Source: Octopus vulgaris (Eukaryota). Taken from it: DNA of 64,000 nt. Position 1 is the stretch's first letter. The number at the start of each line of letters is the position of its first letter. The position numbers and the translations under genes are program-made. This document shows positions 11,862-25,900 of the stretch, piece after piece. A model generated the notes under the pieces. That model worked only from the letters and a program-made list of their open reading frames with translations. It was not told where the DNA came from and searched no databases. The DNA lies in contig OX597817.1 in assembly GCA_951406725.2 (NCBI GenBank), forward strand, positions 44,330,001 to 44,394,000, given 5' to 3'.

Positions 11862-12630
11862 ATGGACTCAATAAATACCGTAAGACAGTTTAATTCCGAG
11901 CCTAACGATTTTGTCAGCTCGACGTCCTAATGGTTTCCGATTTAGATATCTGGGCACCAATTTTAGGGAAAGCTCTAAGTCAATACCATCGACCCCAGTG
12001 TATGACTTACTTTATTTTATCGACCTCAAAATGATGAAAGATTAAGCTGACGTCCGTAGTATTTCAAATCAAAAGGTAAAGAACCGGAGAATATATCTAT
12101 AAAATAACAAAATCCTCATAGAATGCAGATCATGAGACTATGAGCAAACCCAATTTATCATTATATACTTATATACAAACACAGGCATGCACACACATAC
12201 ATACACATACACTCATACACAGACACACATGCGAGCGAGCGCAGACATACAGTCATGTCAGGTGACTTATGTTAACGTATGAAAATGAAGTTTTTGTAAT
12301 TTAAGGGTAAAATATGCAACCGAGCGAATTTAGTTGCTGCTAGGTTAGACTTCGCTGATTTTCTAGTTGATTAAGTGAAATAAAATTCTGTCAAATCAAG
12401 TAAATGTGAAATATCTTTATCAAGGTTGATTCCTGTCGTATTTTATGCTTCAGTATTAAGTTAAATCTATAAATTGAAACTCTGTCGGAAATACGTCTGC
12501 GTGAATTGTGTGTATGTGTGTATTAATGTATGTATATACGCATATTCATATATATTTATTAGCACATATATATATATACACACAGATATATATATATATA
12601 TATTTATACATATATATATGTATATATCTA

Positions 12631-12709
<79 letters not shown>

Positions 12710-12829
12710 ATATATATTATATATATACATATTATATACGTACTTATATATACATATCATCATATATGTGTGTGTGTGTGTGTGTATGAACAGTTTCAAC
12801 GTAAAGATAACATAGTGGTGAAGATTGAG

Positions 12830-14500
12830 TAACTTCCTCCCACTTAATCAACTAACAACACCATACTTTTGTCTCAGAATCTCTGTATGAATTCCTTTAT
12901 CCCAAGGAAAGTGAATACTTTATTACGCAACCAGGCGGGAGGTCTATGTCCTTGGAGACACTACCGATACATGCAGAAAATATTCTTCCAATTAGGACCT
13001 AAAAATTATCTCCACTCTAAGAAGAAATTAACAACTCTGAAACATGCCTAATCGACTTAATAATAAAGGTACACTCAGACATCATACCGATCTCTTCTAA
13101 AATATCATAAATCACCGCATAAGTACTCTTATTGGGACACCCACAGCCTCTGTATATTTTCTGACAAAAGAAATCACCTATTTTATTTGCAAGCGTAATT
13201 GTACTCCACTCGAATCTGCTATCAGACAAGATTGCTAAATACTGCGAAAAACAAACAAAAAGCACCCCCGAATAGCTCCAAAACTTATATCGTGATCAAT
13301 GAATGAAATATACTATCATTTCAATTAAAAATAGTTGACCAAATACAGTGCCTAGCCATGCGTAAGCCGCGTATAGTTTCAACTGACTACTGGCACCCCT
13401 AATTGTGGTTAAATAAACCTCCACTTAATATGAAGATGCCCATTTATCAAATAGGTCCCAAACTCGATAGTTTTAATGATTAGAAACAAGATGGATTTAT
13501 GAGAATAAAATATAAACCATGGAAGCATTTCAGTCTCATACGAAACAATGTGTACAATATATTTAGTTCGACGGTGAACTTTGCCTAAAAATTTCCTTAT
13601 CATCTCTCTCAAATACCTTACCATTCAGTAACACAGTCATTATCGTTATAGAGATGGATGCCAATCTAATAACGAGCGCCAAGAAATCGCTCTTGTTTTG
13701 TGACGCAAACTGAGTTAAAGAGCCAGGTCAGTAACGTTTTGGCTTCACAATGGAATATCTTTACATTTTAAATAACGAACAAACTCTCTCAGCGTGGATT
13801 AGATATGAAAGCAGACTACCAGCCGTTCAACATACAAATGAACAAAACGTCAGCAAATTTAGGAAGTAGCTTGTGAGGTCACTTAAGAATTTTAATTGCA
13901 GAATCTCCATCAGCACTTATGAAATGTTCATCATTGGCTTATAGACAACGTTTGATCAAACTTCATTTAAAAACTACTTCTACAGAAACTGAAGCTAAGA
14001 TGTAGTATACAAAAACCAGTCGTATTATCCTGCAACCACATTTGGTAGGCAACATAAATAAGCACCCCCTCTTCATGGGACTATTCAGTCAAGCCGTACT
14101 CTTCTATATTGGCAGTTCTTAAAGCATTTAAAGAGCAGTGTTTACGAACATATTTTATAATACAGTTACGAATGGGGGCATCATATTTTAATGTCTCCAA
14201 GTACACAGCCAATTTACTGTACTTGATACGAAATATTTCCTCGCAACTCATAAATACCGTAAATACTTATAATATTAAAGTTCGTTTGGGTTCAGTCATA
14301 AATGAAATCGTAAAAGTAGAAATCTCTAGCACGACCATAATAAAGCATTTTCAAATATCATATTCTGCTTTTATAATGACAAATATCTCATAAGGGCGCA
14401 TCCATAGACATAAAAAATCGCATCTTCGGTTAAGTATACAGAGCTCACTGACACCACATTAAATCTAAGTATATGTAACATATTTACTCTCTTAAATTTA
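12830..14500 (-). pseudogene. Possible very old LINE RT relic
   Basis: Only faint, ordered motif echoes on the minus strand (KFDQT ~ KAFD, LNGW*S, LYNDND ~ YADD, RGCGCP ~ GGLGxP). Confidence 0.3.
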
Positions 14501-14699
14501 GGCATAACTCAATACGTGTGGGAAATGAACGCTTGTAGAATTAACAATACTCTTAAAAGCCGAAGTGAAAGCGCAAACTCATATACTCATGAATGAACAA
14601 GATGCAATTTATATCTGGTCGAGAAAGGTAACATTCCGAAAATTTGTCTATGTATAGACCTATAAGCAAATGCCTTGTAAAAGAAATTCGAACGGTCGG

Positions 14700-15160
14700 C
14701 TGGGTGTCTACCCATATGACCACCCATGTAGATCATTGACCGTGAGCGTCTTGCGAGATACTAATTTGTGAAACCGTGCCTGACCGCAATACTCACTGAC
14801 CAGCTTTAGTGTGTGTCTACATAGCATTCGCTATGTTATTCCCAGCTATCCGTGCGAAATATGTTGGTAGCGGATGAACCATTTAACCAGAGGTAAGCAA
14901 TACTTCCATACAAAGAGAAAGAGAAGACGCTCCAGCCTGATCAGACACCTCAACTTGGCCCGTCGAAAACCAAGGCAAAGCTGTTAAGCAGTAAATATAT
15001 GATTGAAATGATATACGTAGCCGAGAACTCCTCCTTGACCATTCAGGGGTATCTTCTACTTTGGTGAGACTTGCAACTCGACTAGTGACCTTGTAATAGT
15101 TCATATTCATCTGAAAGCAAATTAACTGGTCCATGTATTCTGCTCCTCTCAATGTTGGCC
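14700..15160 (-). mobile_element. Degenerate Tx1/L1 ORF2 fragment (post-RT region)
   Basis: Minus frame KIPLNGQGGV...LIRLERLLFLFVWKYCLPLVKWFIRYQHISHG*LG resembles the L1/Tx1 pattern LSLxGR...FxW....V.......GGLG. Confidence 0.7.
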
Positions 15161-15207
<47 letters not shown>

Positions 15208-15210
<3 letters not shown>

Positions 15211-15413
15211 ATACGAGGCAATTTCTACTCTTCTCCTCTGGAAGCCATCTACTCGCAATACCAGAGGGCGCACACTCTCCTACCCTGATATAATCTCCAG
15301 GGATACAGACATCCAGCAACAGGACCTCCGTAATGCTATGATGGACCGTGAAGTCTGGCGTAGCATGGTAAATTCCATTGTCTCGACCACGGTCGAACAA
15401 TGAAGATGATGAT
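15208..15413 (+). mobile_element. RTE-clade LINE 3' end with (GAT)n tail
   Basis: LLLWKPSTRNTRGRTLSYPDIISRDT...AMMDREVWRSMV* followed by GAAGATGATGATG. Confidence 0.8.
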
Positions 15414-15563
15414 GTATCAACTGGTTTGGATTAGTCTTATCTATTTTCAAACCTCATACTCCTTTAGGACGATCCCTACCAAAGTAACTTCTGTATTACT
15501 TGACATCATCATAGTGATGACAAAAGTAAAAGAGAGAAAGTGACAGAAAGTGTGTGTATGTGT

Positions 15564-15638
<75 letters not shown>

Positions 15639-15699
15639 GAGAGCATGCGTTGATACGGATCTCCTTCATTTCAGTTCAGTCAGAATATAAAAATGAGTA

Positions 15700-18600
15700 T
15701 GAGGCAAGTCAGAGACTCTAACACCAAAATAATTAGAGGCAGACTAATTAAATCTGAGAATATGAAATTAAATACAGACAAGATCTAATTAGAGAATTAG
15801 ATCTGAACAAACAACACAAATCCTCATGGGCATATGAAAGTGATAAAACATAACGTTTAGGAATATTAGTGAAAGTTAGGAAAAATTATGCAGAAGATTC
15901 GCTAATATCAAACAGTGAACTTAGCGCAACGAATAAGATAACAAGTATTACACATAAACCATCCCAAACTGTAAATTAGAGCTTCACAATTTTAATTGTT
16001 TGGCGTGGAGCTGAGACATGAAATCTAGAATAGAGAGTTCAGTATTCACCGTGTAAGTAGAATTTACCTACGAGATGTACAGAGAAGATGACTATTGATA
16101 GAAAGAGAGAAATGTTACAAAATTACAACTGTAGGTCTATTAAAACACTTAGAAGTAACAAAAGGGCTATTGATTCGTGCATTAGCAGAATATGAAGAAA
16201 ATAAAACATAATTCTTTATATATCAGAAAACATTAAGGGATATGAAGTGGAAGCTAACTACATTAGAGAAACGCTTTATATAACGACAAACAACTGAAAG
16301 GGTTAATCCGGAACATAAGACAAAATCATTATATAGTTCTAAAATATATTAAAGTAACACGTAGAGGAAAACACATTACTTAGACAAAACCCGATAGAGT
16401 GAAAGCCAATAATGGCTCAAAACCTCCGTATTAAAACTGGAATTTCTGACTTGGATGAGCCAGATCAATGCCCAGTCACAAAGTGTTATTGAAATAAAAT
16501 AATGAAATAAGAGGCTTACGCCAAGTAGAGACGATGTAATCAATGCAAAAATAATTGACCGGATCAAATCTTGCCGCTCGAATTACTAATATATACATAT
16601 TTACTACCGATCTGGCCACGCTCCTTCACTAATAATTTAAAAGCAGATTGGTTGCAGGAATTTGAAAGAGTAATGAAAAATGGAGAGACAAAAATTTATA
16701 ACAATCATGGATAAGAAAATAAACGAGATGGTCAAGAGAATACTAAACTGGAAAGGCTTGAACCAGATGGAGTCCAGGGTTTCTAGCTGAAAAAATCTTC
16801 TAAGTATAGATGATTATATAGGACCGTTTTTTACTGACGGCATTAAAAATGGAATTCCAACATAGATCACAAGATGAACGACACTACTGATGCAGAAGGA
16901 AAAGAAGAGGAAAGGGAATTCGTCAAATATAGACGTATTACTTGGTTACCATTACTTCGGGCATTGTTAATTGGCCTCAAAGCAGATGAATTATATAATT
17001 TTCTGGAAAAGGAGAATCTATTGCCTGAAGTGCAAAGGGATGTAGAAAGAAACCAAAGGAAAATGCTGATCTGATTATATATAGGTACAAGTAAGAATGA
17101 AGAATAAGTTGTTGAATTGATAGATTACAGGAAGGCCTACGAGAATACCATAAACTGATGGCTCTTGGAGTGTCTGAGAGCACACGGCATCTATGAGATG
17201 ATAAATAACTTTTTGGAAAAAGCAATAAAAGTGGGAATTAGAAGTGACATGAATCGCTAGGAAACGTGAAAATATACAGGGACATTTTCTATGGATACTC
17301 GCTCTCTCCATTGCTTTTCGTCGTTGCGTTAATCCCTCTGATAGTTATACTGAGAAAATCCAGGACTGCGCATGATTTTACCAAATCCAAGATGAAAATA
17401 AATCACCTGGTCTATGTGGATGACTTCAAGATATATATAAAAAAATGATAAAGGCCTGGATTTTTTTATTCAAACAGTCATAGTATTCGGTAAAGATAAT
17501 GGGATGTAGTTTGCGGTAAATAAGTGCGCAGTGCTAATTATGAGCAGAAGCCGGAAAGTAAGTTCTAATAGCATAAAATTACCACAGTACACAATTATTA
17601 GATAGCTGTGGAATATTGGAAAGTTGCTCTCAATGTAAAATCACACCACCCTAAAAGATGGCTGTGGAATATTGAGGGATTAAAATACTTAAGACGATGA
17701 GATAAAGGAAGAATAATGAGAGAAGATCCCTAAGGAGCACAAGAGGAGAATTAGGAAGGTGCTCAAAGCAAAGTGGAGGGAATATCATTAAAGCCATATA
17801 ATGCAGGGGCTATGCCAGTACTGAGATATTCTGCTTTCTTTCTGAAATGGAAAAAAGGTCGGGCTACAGATCTTGGATAGAACTAGAAAACTGCTATCAA
17901 TATACAATCATATCACCCTAAAAGTTATACCGATGGACTCTACCTCCCAAGAAAGGAAAGTGGCAGAGGATTACTAAATGCAGAAGTCATTGTTAGTACT
18001 GCGATATTAGCTCTGAAAATGCATGTTGTGCAGAGTAAAGAAAGAATAATTTCGGCAGTCAGAGAAGCCCAAAATGTCACTGGAACAGCAGGGGATTTGA
18101 AAGAGAAAAGAAAGAACAACAGAATGAACAAATGGAAAGAAATGAAATTACATGGCAAATTCATGCAACAAACCGAGAATGCTGGAAGTAAAGAACGCCG
18201 GCTGTGGTTGATGAATGGGAACTTGAGACTTCAGACCGAAATTATAACTGTTCATGAATAATCCCTTAGAATAAATCTGATAAATAGCAAAGACCGACAA
18301 AACTCAGTCAAACGGCAAATGTAGAATCTGTAGGAAAGGAGACGGATGTATCAATCATCTTTTGCGTGAGTGCGGTATACTAGCTCAAAAGGAGTATAAG
18401 CGCAGTATGACTATGTAGGAAAAAAATGAATTGGGATGTTAGTTAAATGTAGATCGAAAACAACAGAAAAGTGGTGTGAACACGAATCTGAGGCTATGAT
18501 AGATAATGAAAATTACGGGGTTTTTTGGGACTTCCTCATAAAGACTGACCATACTATTGAAGCAAGAAAACCAAAGATGATTATAGAGGACAAAATAGAC

Positions 18601-18715
18601 AAACAGTGTAAGATCATATGTTTTGCATTCCCGATGATAATAGAGTCGATAACAAACAAATTGAAAAACTTGAGAAATATCAGGATCTTACCAGAAAACT
18701 AACCAAAAAAAATAG
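15700..18715 (+). mobile_element. Old, heavily frameshifted R4/Dong-clade (RLE) LINE
   Basis: RT motifs DYRKAY, DIFYGYSLSPLLFVVALIPL and INHLVYVDDFKIY; then HGKF..WLMNGNL..TE, CRIC..H..C knuckle and degenerate KPD..D nuclease region. 5' boundary uncertain. Confidence 0.88.
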
Positions 18716-19617
18716 TGGTTTTTTAGTTAGGCCAGTAATTTCAAGGGGAAAAGTTAGTCGATACCAGCAACCCCCGCACTTGATTGGTAATCTGTTTTAT
18801 CAATCTTGGCGCATTCTGGTTACTGTATCAATAACAAAAAGCCACCTATTAAATGTATAACAGTGATTAGATCAATAAAAACTGAACTGCCCTGTAGAAA
18901 AACGCCAGTTACATATGAAGAAAAATCTTGTTCCTCAAGATGTGAAACGCTTTTAAAGAAATACTATCTTTGAGAAGAGTTTTAATATGAAAATATCAAA
19001 GTAATTGCTGATAGCAAAACTTGGCAAGTACCAAAATATGGTTCTTCGACAGACCTTTATTTCAAAGACCGAATGTATTGTATGAAAGGTCAGTCATCTT
19101 AATTATTTTTTGATCCTCATTTTAATTAGTCAAGCGAATATGACGCATACTCTAGTAATTGTATTACATGAACAACTAAGAATTAAGATTCTTCACATCA
19201 AATCATCTTGGCTTTTGTATAGAAGCAATGCGTACAGTGAAAATCAATACTGGCTATGAAGAGGGTACAGACGTAATGATTTACATTAATTGGATATCTG
19301 AATTATACAACACGAAAAGAGTCAGTAAGAAACCTTTACACTATCACCCGTCCTATGAAAACAGCAGTCAAATCTCTCTCGAATGATACCATTATTATGT
19401 TTTTAAAAAGGAAAGGATAATTTGGTAAAATAAGGACTACATTTTCATTGTTAAGCTGTTCTGGCTGATTCAAACGAGCATATGCTCATCACTGTTTTCT
19501 GTTTTTTGTCTACCGAAAACGTCTCCGTTGATAAAATACCACAGTGATTAACATGTTCATCTCCCTATCCGCCAAAGCGTATTAACAAATAAATATCTGC
19601 GCCATTATTTTCACTAA

Positions 19618-20050
19618 CGCGGCGAGCTGGCGGAATTGTTAACAATCCGGGCAAAATGCTTAGCGGTATTCGTCCGTCTGAAAGGCGGCGAGCTGACAGA
19701 GACGTTAGCACGCCGGGCGAAAAGTTCAAATTCTGCCGAGGTCGACTTTGCCTTTTATCCTTTCGGGGTCGATTAAATAAGTACTAGTTACGCGCTGGGG
19801 TCGATATAATCGACTTAATCCGTTTGTCCGTCCTTGTTTGTCCACTCTATGTTTAGCCCCTTGTGGGTAGTAAAGAAATAGGTATTACGGCTGTCTTTAC
19901 ATTCTGAGTTCAAATGCATCCGCGATCAAAGTTGCTTTTCATCCTTTCGGGGCCGATAAAATAAGTACCAGAGGTGAGCACTGCGGTCGGTGTAATCGGC
20001 TCACTCCCTCGATCGAAGTTGTTGGCTTCTACCGAAATTTAAAACCATTA
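19618..20050 (+). mobile_element. Old-tail family A SINE split by a young-tail family A copy (19682-19880)
   Basis: Host breaks after GGTATTCGTCCGTCT and resumes GGTATTACGGCTGTCT after ...GTAAAGAAATA. Confidence 0.9.
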
Positions 20051-20725
20051 TTTTTTTTTGATTTCCACTGTTCTTCGTGTGCAGGACAATTATTAGTTTG
20101 GCAGGCAGCAACCCGCATCAGCAAATAATTTGTTTACTGCTTTCTATAAACACGAACCGATATTCTTGTTTAACCGTTTGTGATGGTTTGTGAATTTATT
20201 GATAAATCTGAGATAGTTCTTCGAAAAGAGCCCGGCTCAAGTTGTTTAGCTCTGTCCTTATTGCGCAGTAACAGCGCATTGCGGTAGGCTACCAATGTTA
20301 TTACTGAAACATACCTCAATAGATTTATAGTTGATACAAGTCTCGTATGAGGGTTCCAATTGAATAGGTCTTACATTCTCCCGCTATTTCATTTACTATT
20401 TCCAGTTCTAATTTTGAAGGCTCTTATTTATGCTTGTTTTCAATGGCCTGTCTTTAAAATTAATGTTTCCAACCTGCTGCAGCAATTCTTCCAAAAAGCA
20501 CTATTAGAGAATTATAAAAATGTCTCTGCTCTCTTATGCTTGTTCGAAGAAGCTATCATTTGGGTATTTTTGTTCTGTAGTTTGGTCACTATTTCTCCGA
20601 GGCTGTACTTGGTTGTTGAAATTGACGGTGCTGTTGTTTCATGTACAGAGATAGACGGGTTTAGAACAATCAGGTTGACTACTGACTACTACTACTACTA
20701 CTTCTACTACTACTACTGCTGCTGC

Positions 20726-20951
20726 TGTTGTCAAGCGATGTTGGGGGACAGACACATACACACACACACACACACATACATACATACGTATACGACGTGC
20801 TTCTTTCAGTTTCCGTCTACCAAATCCACTCACAAGGCTTTGGTCGGCACGAGGCTATAGTAGAAGACACTTGCCCAAGTTGCCACGCCGTGAGACTGAA
20901 CCCGGAACCATGTGGTTGGGCAGCAAGCTTCTTACCAGTCAACCACTCCTC
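20726..20951 (-). mobile_element. Family B SINE, 5' half
   Basis: Reverse complement of head, internal (CA)n and CAAGCGATGTTGGGG block. Confidence 0.88.
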
Positions 20952-21330
20952 TAGAAAACTGTGTCTTCTTGTTACCATTTCATTATTGTTGTACGAGTCT
21001 TCGTTTCTGCCATAAACGCCACTTACATCAATCATTTTTGCTTGCTGGTTCGAATTTTTATTTATATTTCCAGCTTTTACGGCTTGCTTATGCGAATGTC
21101 TTTGTTCGTTGGGGGAGCTTGTCTGGTCGACGATTTTTATTGAAAGCTGGCCAGAGAAGAAAATATTTCCAAAATGTCTTTTTTTCCCACCACAATATCT
21201 TAACAATGAAAATCCTCACCCTCTTGAGTAATAATTCAGCACAATAAGACACATAATTAGTAATAATGCAATTTTCGCAAAGCTGGAGCAAAATAAAGAC
21301 GTCTTACACAGGCAAGAAATAACAACAACA

Positions 21331-21331
<1 letters not shown>

Positions 21332-21367
<36 letters not shown>

Positions 21368-21674
21368 CTACAACAACAACGATGATGATTATGATGCTGA
21401 TGATGTTGACCACGATGACGACGACGACGATGATGATAAATCAATACATTGTGATGATGATGATGATGATCACATTTTTTATTACTATAATGGTGATAAC
21501 TCTGCGGTTGCTGATAAAATGACGACAATGACGATTATGTTGATGATGACGATGGCGATGATGATGATAAAGTTACGAAATAAATCAAAACCACTTACAT
21601 TATTATTATTATTATTATTATTATTGTTATTATTATCATTATTATTATTGTTATTATTATTATTAGTATTATCA

Positions 21675-21705
<31 letters not shown>

Positions 21706-21716
21706 TATTATTATTC
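21332..21716. repeat. Compound trinucleotide repeats (AAT)n/(AAC)n/(GAT)n/(ATT)n
   Basis: Directly visible. Confidence 0.95.
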
Positions 21717-23819
21717 AGTCTTATCAGACATTTCATCCATTTCAACAGTTAGTAGAACAAAAGTAAGTACCTTATCAATATTCTCAAAACTGAACGAATG
21801 GATATTTATTCTGTGAAAGGTAGTAGTAGTAGCAGCAGCAGTAGTAGTAGGGAAAGTAATGTGTTTTAGTTTCCGCCCCCGACCACCTCAAAAGGAATAG
21901 AAAAAAAACTAGACGACCAATTAAAATATATGCCCTTCTAAACTAATTTCTACATCTATACAACACAAAGACCACGACGGATCAATATTCATTGCAATTT
22001 TTCCCCCTGTTGATAGTATCAGATGAAATTAATGTTCAATAGACATGTTGATCGATTAAAGTAAAAAAGAAGACAAAATCGAAATAAAATAATATCATAT
22101 ACCGTGAGTTTTGTTCAATACATTATCAGCAAAACAGAAATTGCACTTTTAGATAATTTTTAGCAAAAACCTATCGAGTTGTTATTGCCTTAGATCACGA
22201 GATATTTTCTCTTCCCTTTCAAATCTCAATTAAATACATTTGTAAATTCTTCATCTCTAAACTGACCGATATCCACTTCGTTAAAATCTCCAATTATTAT
22301 ATAAAATGCAGTCTTTGTTCACGGTAATTATATTATATCATTTTATATTTTTATATCTAAATATCTTTTTTTTTCTGTAGTAACAAAATTGTATTAAGTA
22401 CTACAAGTTTGTTCGGCTCTCGAGTTTCCGTTGTAGACGTTTTATTTCTTTTATATCAATAATGTTTTCCAGGGAAGAAATGAACATCACAAAATCGTAC
22501 TTGCATTCGTTTATAAGTATAAAGCTTTGTGTAAAGTCTAAAGAAATCAATATTCAGAAATAATAAATATTCTGTTTTAGAAAACGAGAGTAAAAAAACA
22601 AAACAAAAAAGAAAAACCCTGTTGAACATTTTAATTTTGTTAAAAGGTAATGAAGATAGCATTGATATTGATTTAATATACAGAAGCGAACTTAAGTTAT
22701 TCTAAACGTTTGCAGACAGAAATGAAATATCTTCAGTTTTCGAATGCTTTATTTGTACAACAAGTGAATATATGAACTGAAATAGGTTTCGGGCAGTCAC
22801 AGATTAATTTTCAAGACACAGCAGTAACTGAAATTATTAACATATTTCTTGAGATACACCAACGCACAGTCTTGCAGCAGTGAACTAAGAGAATGCAGAA
22901 ATCAATTATTAACTATAACCGAGTACTAGTCTACTTACCAGTAACTAATATTCTACACTTCTGATTCTTATAAGTTTGAAATTAATAAATTTAATACTAA
23001 GTTTGCACTTGTTTAATGTTGTGTTAGATTACAATCACATATGGTATTTATTCAATGTGAACCCAAAATCGCGGTGTTCTCATTCAATATAAATTTGTTG
23101 CTTTAGTATTTTTTTGTAATGAAGATAAAAGAAATCAGATGAATCTCAAATATAAATTGAAAAAAAAAGAAAGGAAACAAAACAAGCCAATACAACGAGA
23201 TGTCAATACTTTGCCCACAGCCAGCCATTGTCACTATGGCTAAAGTGCAATGTCTTAAAGACGGTTGTAATAGCTGCTTTTTATTTTTTATTTTTCATTT
23301 CGAGTTTTCTGTTGATGAATTTGCCTTCTACCAAACAATATTATGTACACAACATGAGCAGACGAAACATTACCCCTACAGCAATATTTTTTCATTTAAT
23401 TTACCTTTCTTTGCACATATATAGATATTCAATGAACGGCTCTAGTTGTTTCATTACTTGCTTGCATTACATTGAAATCAATTGTATTCATTTTATCAGA
23501 TGAACCGCTTACAGACATGCATTCGAGAAATAAGTAAGTTTATATATTACAGTCAAGCAGGTGACTAATATACTGTTGTACTTTGCTATAATTTTCATGG
23601 TCAAAGATGGAAGGGTGAGTGAAAGACAGTAAAACAGATAATTAGTTTTATGGGTTACTTGAAATAACTCTTAAAATTTCACTCAAGCCTGGGTTAAGTA
23701 GCTACACACTGCTCAATATCTAAAAATATACAAATCAAATGGTAGCTTAAAAGTATTTATTGTTTTTAAGCTTAATCTTTTAATGCTTTTCACTATTGAA
23801 TGCATAATAATTGCATTTA

Positions 23820-24340
23820 ATCTAGGCACAGGACTAGGAAATATGCAGTGGAGGGAACTGGTGAATTACATGGATCTCAGTATTTGTCTGGTAATCTATT
23901 TTAACGACCCCAAAAGGAGGAAAGGCAAAATTGAACTTAGAACGTAAAGAACTGCAAGAAATCGCCAATCCACCGTCCTTGTATGTGTACATAAGTCTTT
24001 ATGGACTCAAGGACCGAAATTCTGAAGAAGGATCTAGTTGATATATCAACCCTAGTGCTCTTTCAACGACTCCAAATTTGAGGAAAGAAAAATTTGAACT
24101 CAGAAATGAAATGAAGTGGAAGAAATCGCCAATCCACCGTCCTTGTATGTGTACATAATAATTCTTTATGGGCCCAAGGATCGAAATTCTGAAGAAGGAT
24201 CTAGTTGATATATCAATCTTAGTGCTTAACTGGTATCTCTTTCAACGACTCCAAATGGAGGAAAGAAAAATTTGAACTCAGAAGTGAAAAGAAGTGGAAG
24301 AAATTGCAAATGCACCGCCTTTGAATGTGTACATAATAGG
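23820..24340 (-). repeat. Degenerate tandem triplication (period ~164-178 bp) of an old family A-like SINE
   Basis: AAGAAATCGCCAATCCACCGTCCTTGTATGTGTACATAA at ~23956 and ~24120, and a variant at ~24298. Confidence 0.75.
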
Positions 24341-24395
24341 ATGTACACATTCAAAGCGGTGGAGTTTGTGTGAACCATGATTGTGACTTTGAGTA

Positions 24396-24601
24396 ATATT
24401 GGTTTCAAATTTTGGCACAAGGCCAGCGATTTCGGATGAGGAGCTAAGTCGATTAATCGACCCCTAGTGCACAACTGGTATTTATTTTATCGAGCCGAAA
24501 GGCAAAGTCGATCTCGGTGGAATTTGAACTCGGAACGTAAAGACGGACGAAACGGCCCAAAGCATTTTGCCCCACGTACTAACGATTTTGCCAGCTCGCC
24601 C
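24396..24601 (-). mobile_element. Family A SINE, old-type tail
   Basis: GGTTTCAAATTTTGGCACAAGGCCAGC ... TGCCAGCTCGCC. Confidence 0.88.
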
Positions 24602-25601
24602 TCTTAACTTTTTATAATATTAAAATTATCTGAATATTATTTATTTAATTTTTTTTACATTAAATGTAAATAGTATGTGTAACAGTCACAATAATAATTA
24701 CATTTCTATATCTGCATTACTTCAACAGTTCAAACCATGTTAGTTTATCCGTCCGACCCTTATGATATCCAAAAACATCTTATGACAAATGTCTGTACTT
24801 TCAAACTACGGAAACTTGCGATTTTTAAGTCTTGTGTGTAAGACGTTGCTTGTATCAGTTATAACATTGGTTGTGTTTATATAAACAGGTTTGAATAGGG
24901 TTTGTAGCGCGTCAATTACGAAGTTTTTGCAGACAAGATTTCACTTGTTGAAATTTATGTGAGTGACAGTTTGACATCTAGTCTGATATGGATTTGCAAT
25001 CGAATTTAATTAAGTTAGGGTATTTAATTAACGTTTCTGCATTAAGTGGCAACTGTGATAGACAGTAAACTCGAAAATAGCCAGGTGGAACTACTGGCAG
25101 TTTCTAACGACACCTTCATCGATGTTATGCAAAATGCAATTTTCCTCGCCACAACAAGTGTTATTGGTTGTTAAATCACGTGTTATTAAATTAAAATCTC
25201 GACTTAATTGGACACACATTGACGTTTTCTTTGCTTTATTTTCTTTAATTAATCAGTTGACACGCTTTCTGGAATCTGACGGCTTCATTATTGTAACAGA
25301 ATGTGTAATGTTAATATTGCTTTTGTTTTCTTCTCACTTCCGTCGTTGTCGTCATTGTTGTTCTCAGTACAATCAAGACCGGTGGAGTTAATTTATTGAA
25401 TGTTATTTGATGATAAACACATTATCAAGCTCAAAGTCTAAGTGAGAAATTTGCATCTTTTTCAATCTTCTACTTTCTGTCTATAACTTTTATAAAACTG
25501 GACGAGTGCTAAAGAGCAGAAAGTAAGCGTGTAAGAACCTCGTTCGTGCCTCAGTGTAGATTATATTAGATTTATTTGATGATACTATGGTATTATTATT
25601 T

Positions 25602-25900
25602 AAGGTGGCGAGCTGGCAGAATCGTTAGCACGCCGGGCGAAATGCCTAGCCGTATTTCGATTCCGTTGCGTTTTGAGTTCAAATTCCGCCGAGGTCAACT
25701 TTGCCTTTCATCCTTTCGGGGTCGATTAAATAAGTACCAGTTACGCACTGGGGTCGATATAATCGACTTCATCCATTTGTCTGTCCTTGTTTGTCCCCTC
25801 TGTGTTTAGCCCCTTGTGGGTAGTAAAGAAATAGGCATTTCGTCTGCCGGTACGTTCTGAGTTCAAATGTCGCCGAGGTCAACTTTGTCTTTCATCCTCT
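25602..25900 (+). mobile_element. Family A SINE with young tail followed by a second partial body
   Basis: After GTAAAGAAATA the sequence restarts at GGCATTTCGTCTGCC. Confidence 0.9.

Noticed and set aside
20360-20860. 166-aa plus-strand ORF
   Set aside because: Ends in a (TAC)n repeat and an antisense SINE; TTG start and no recognisable domain
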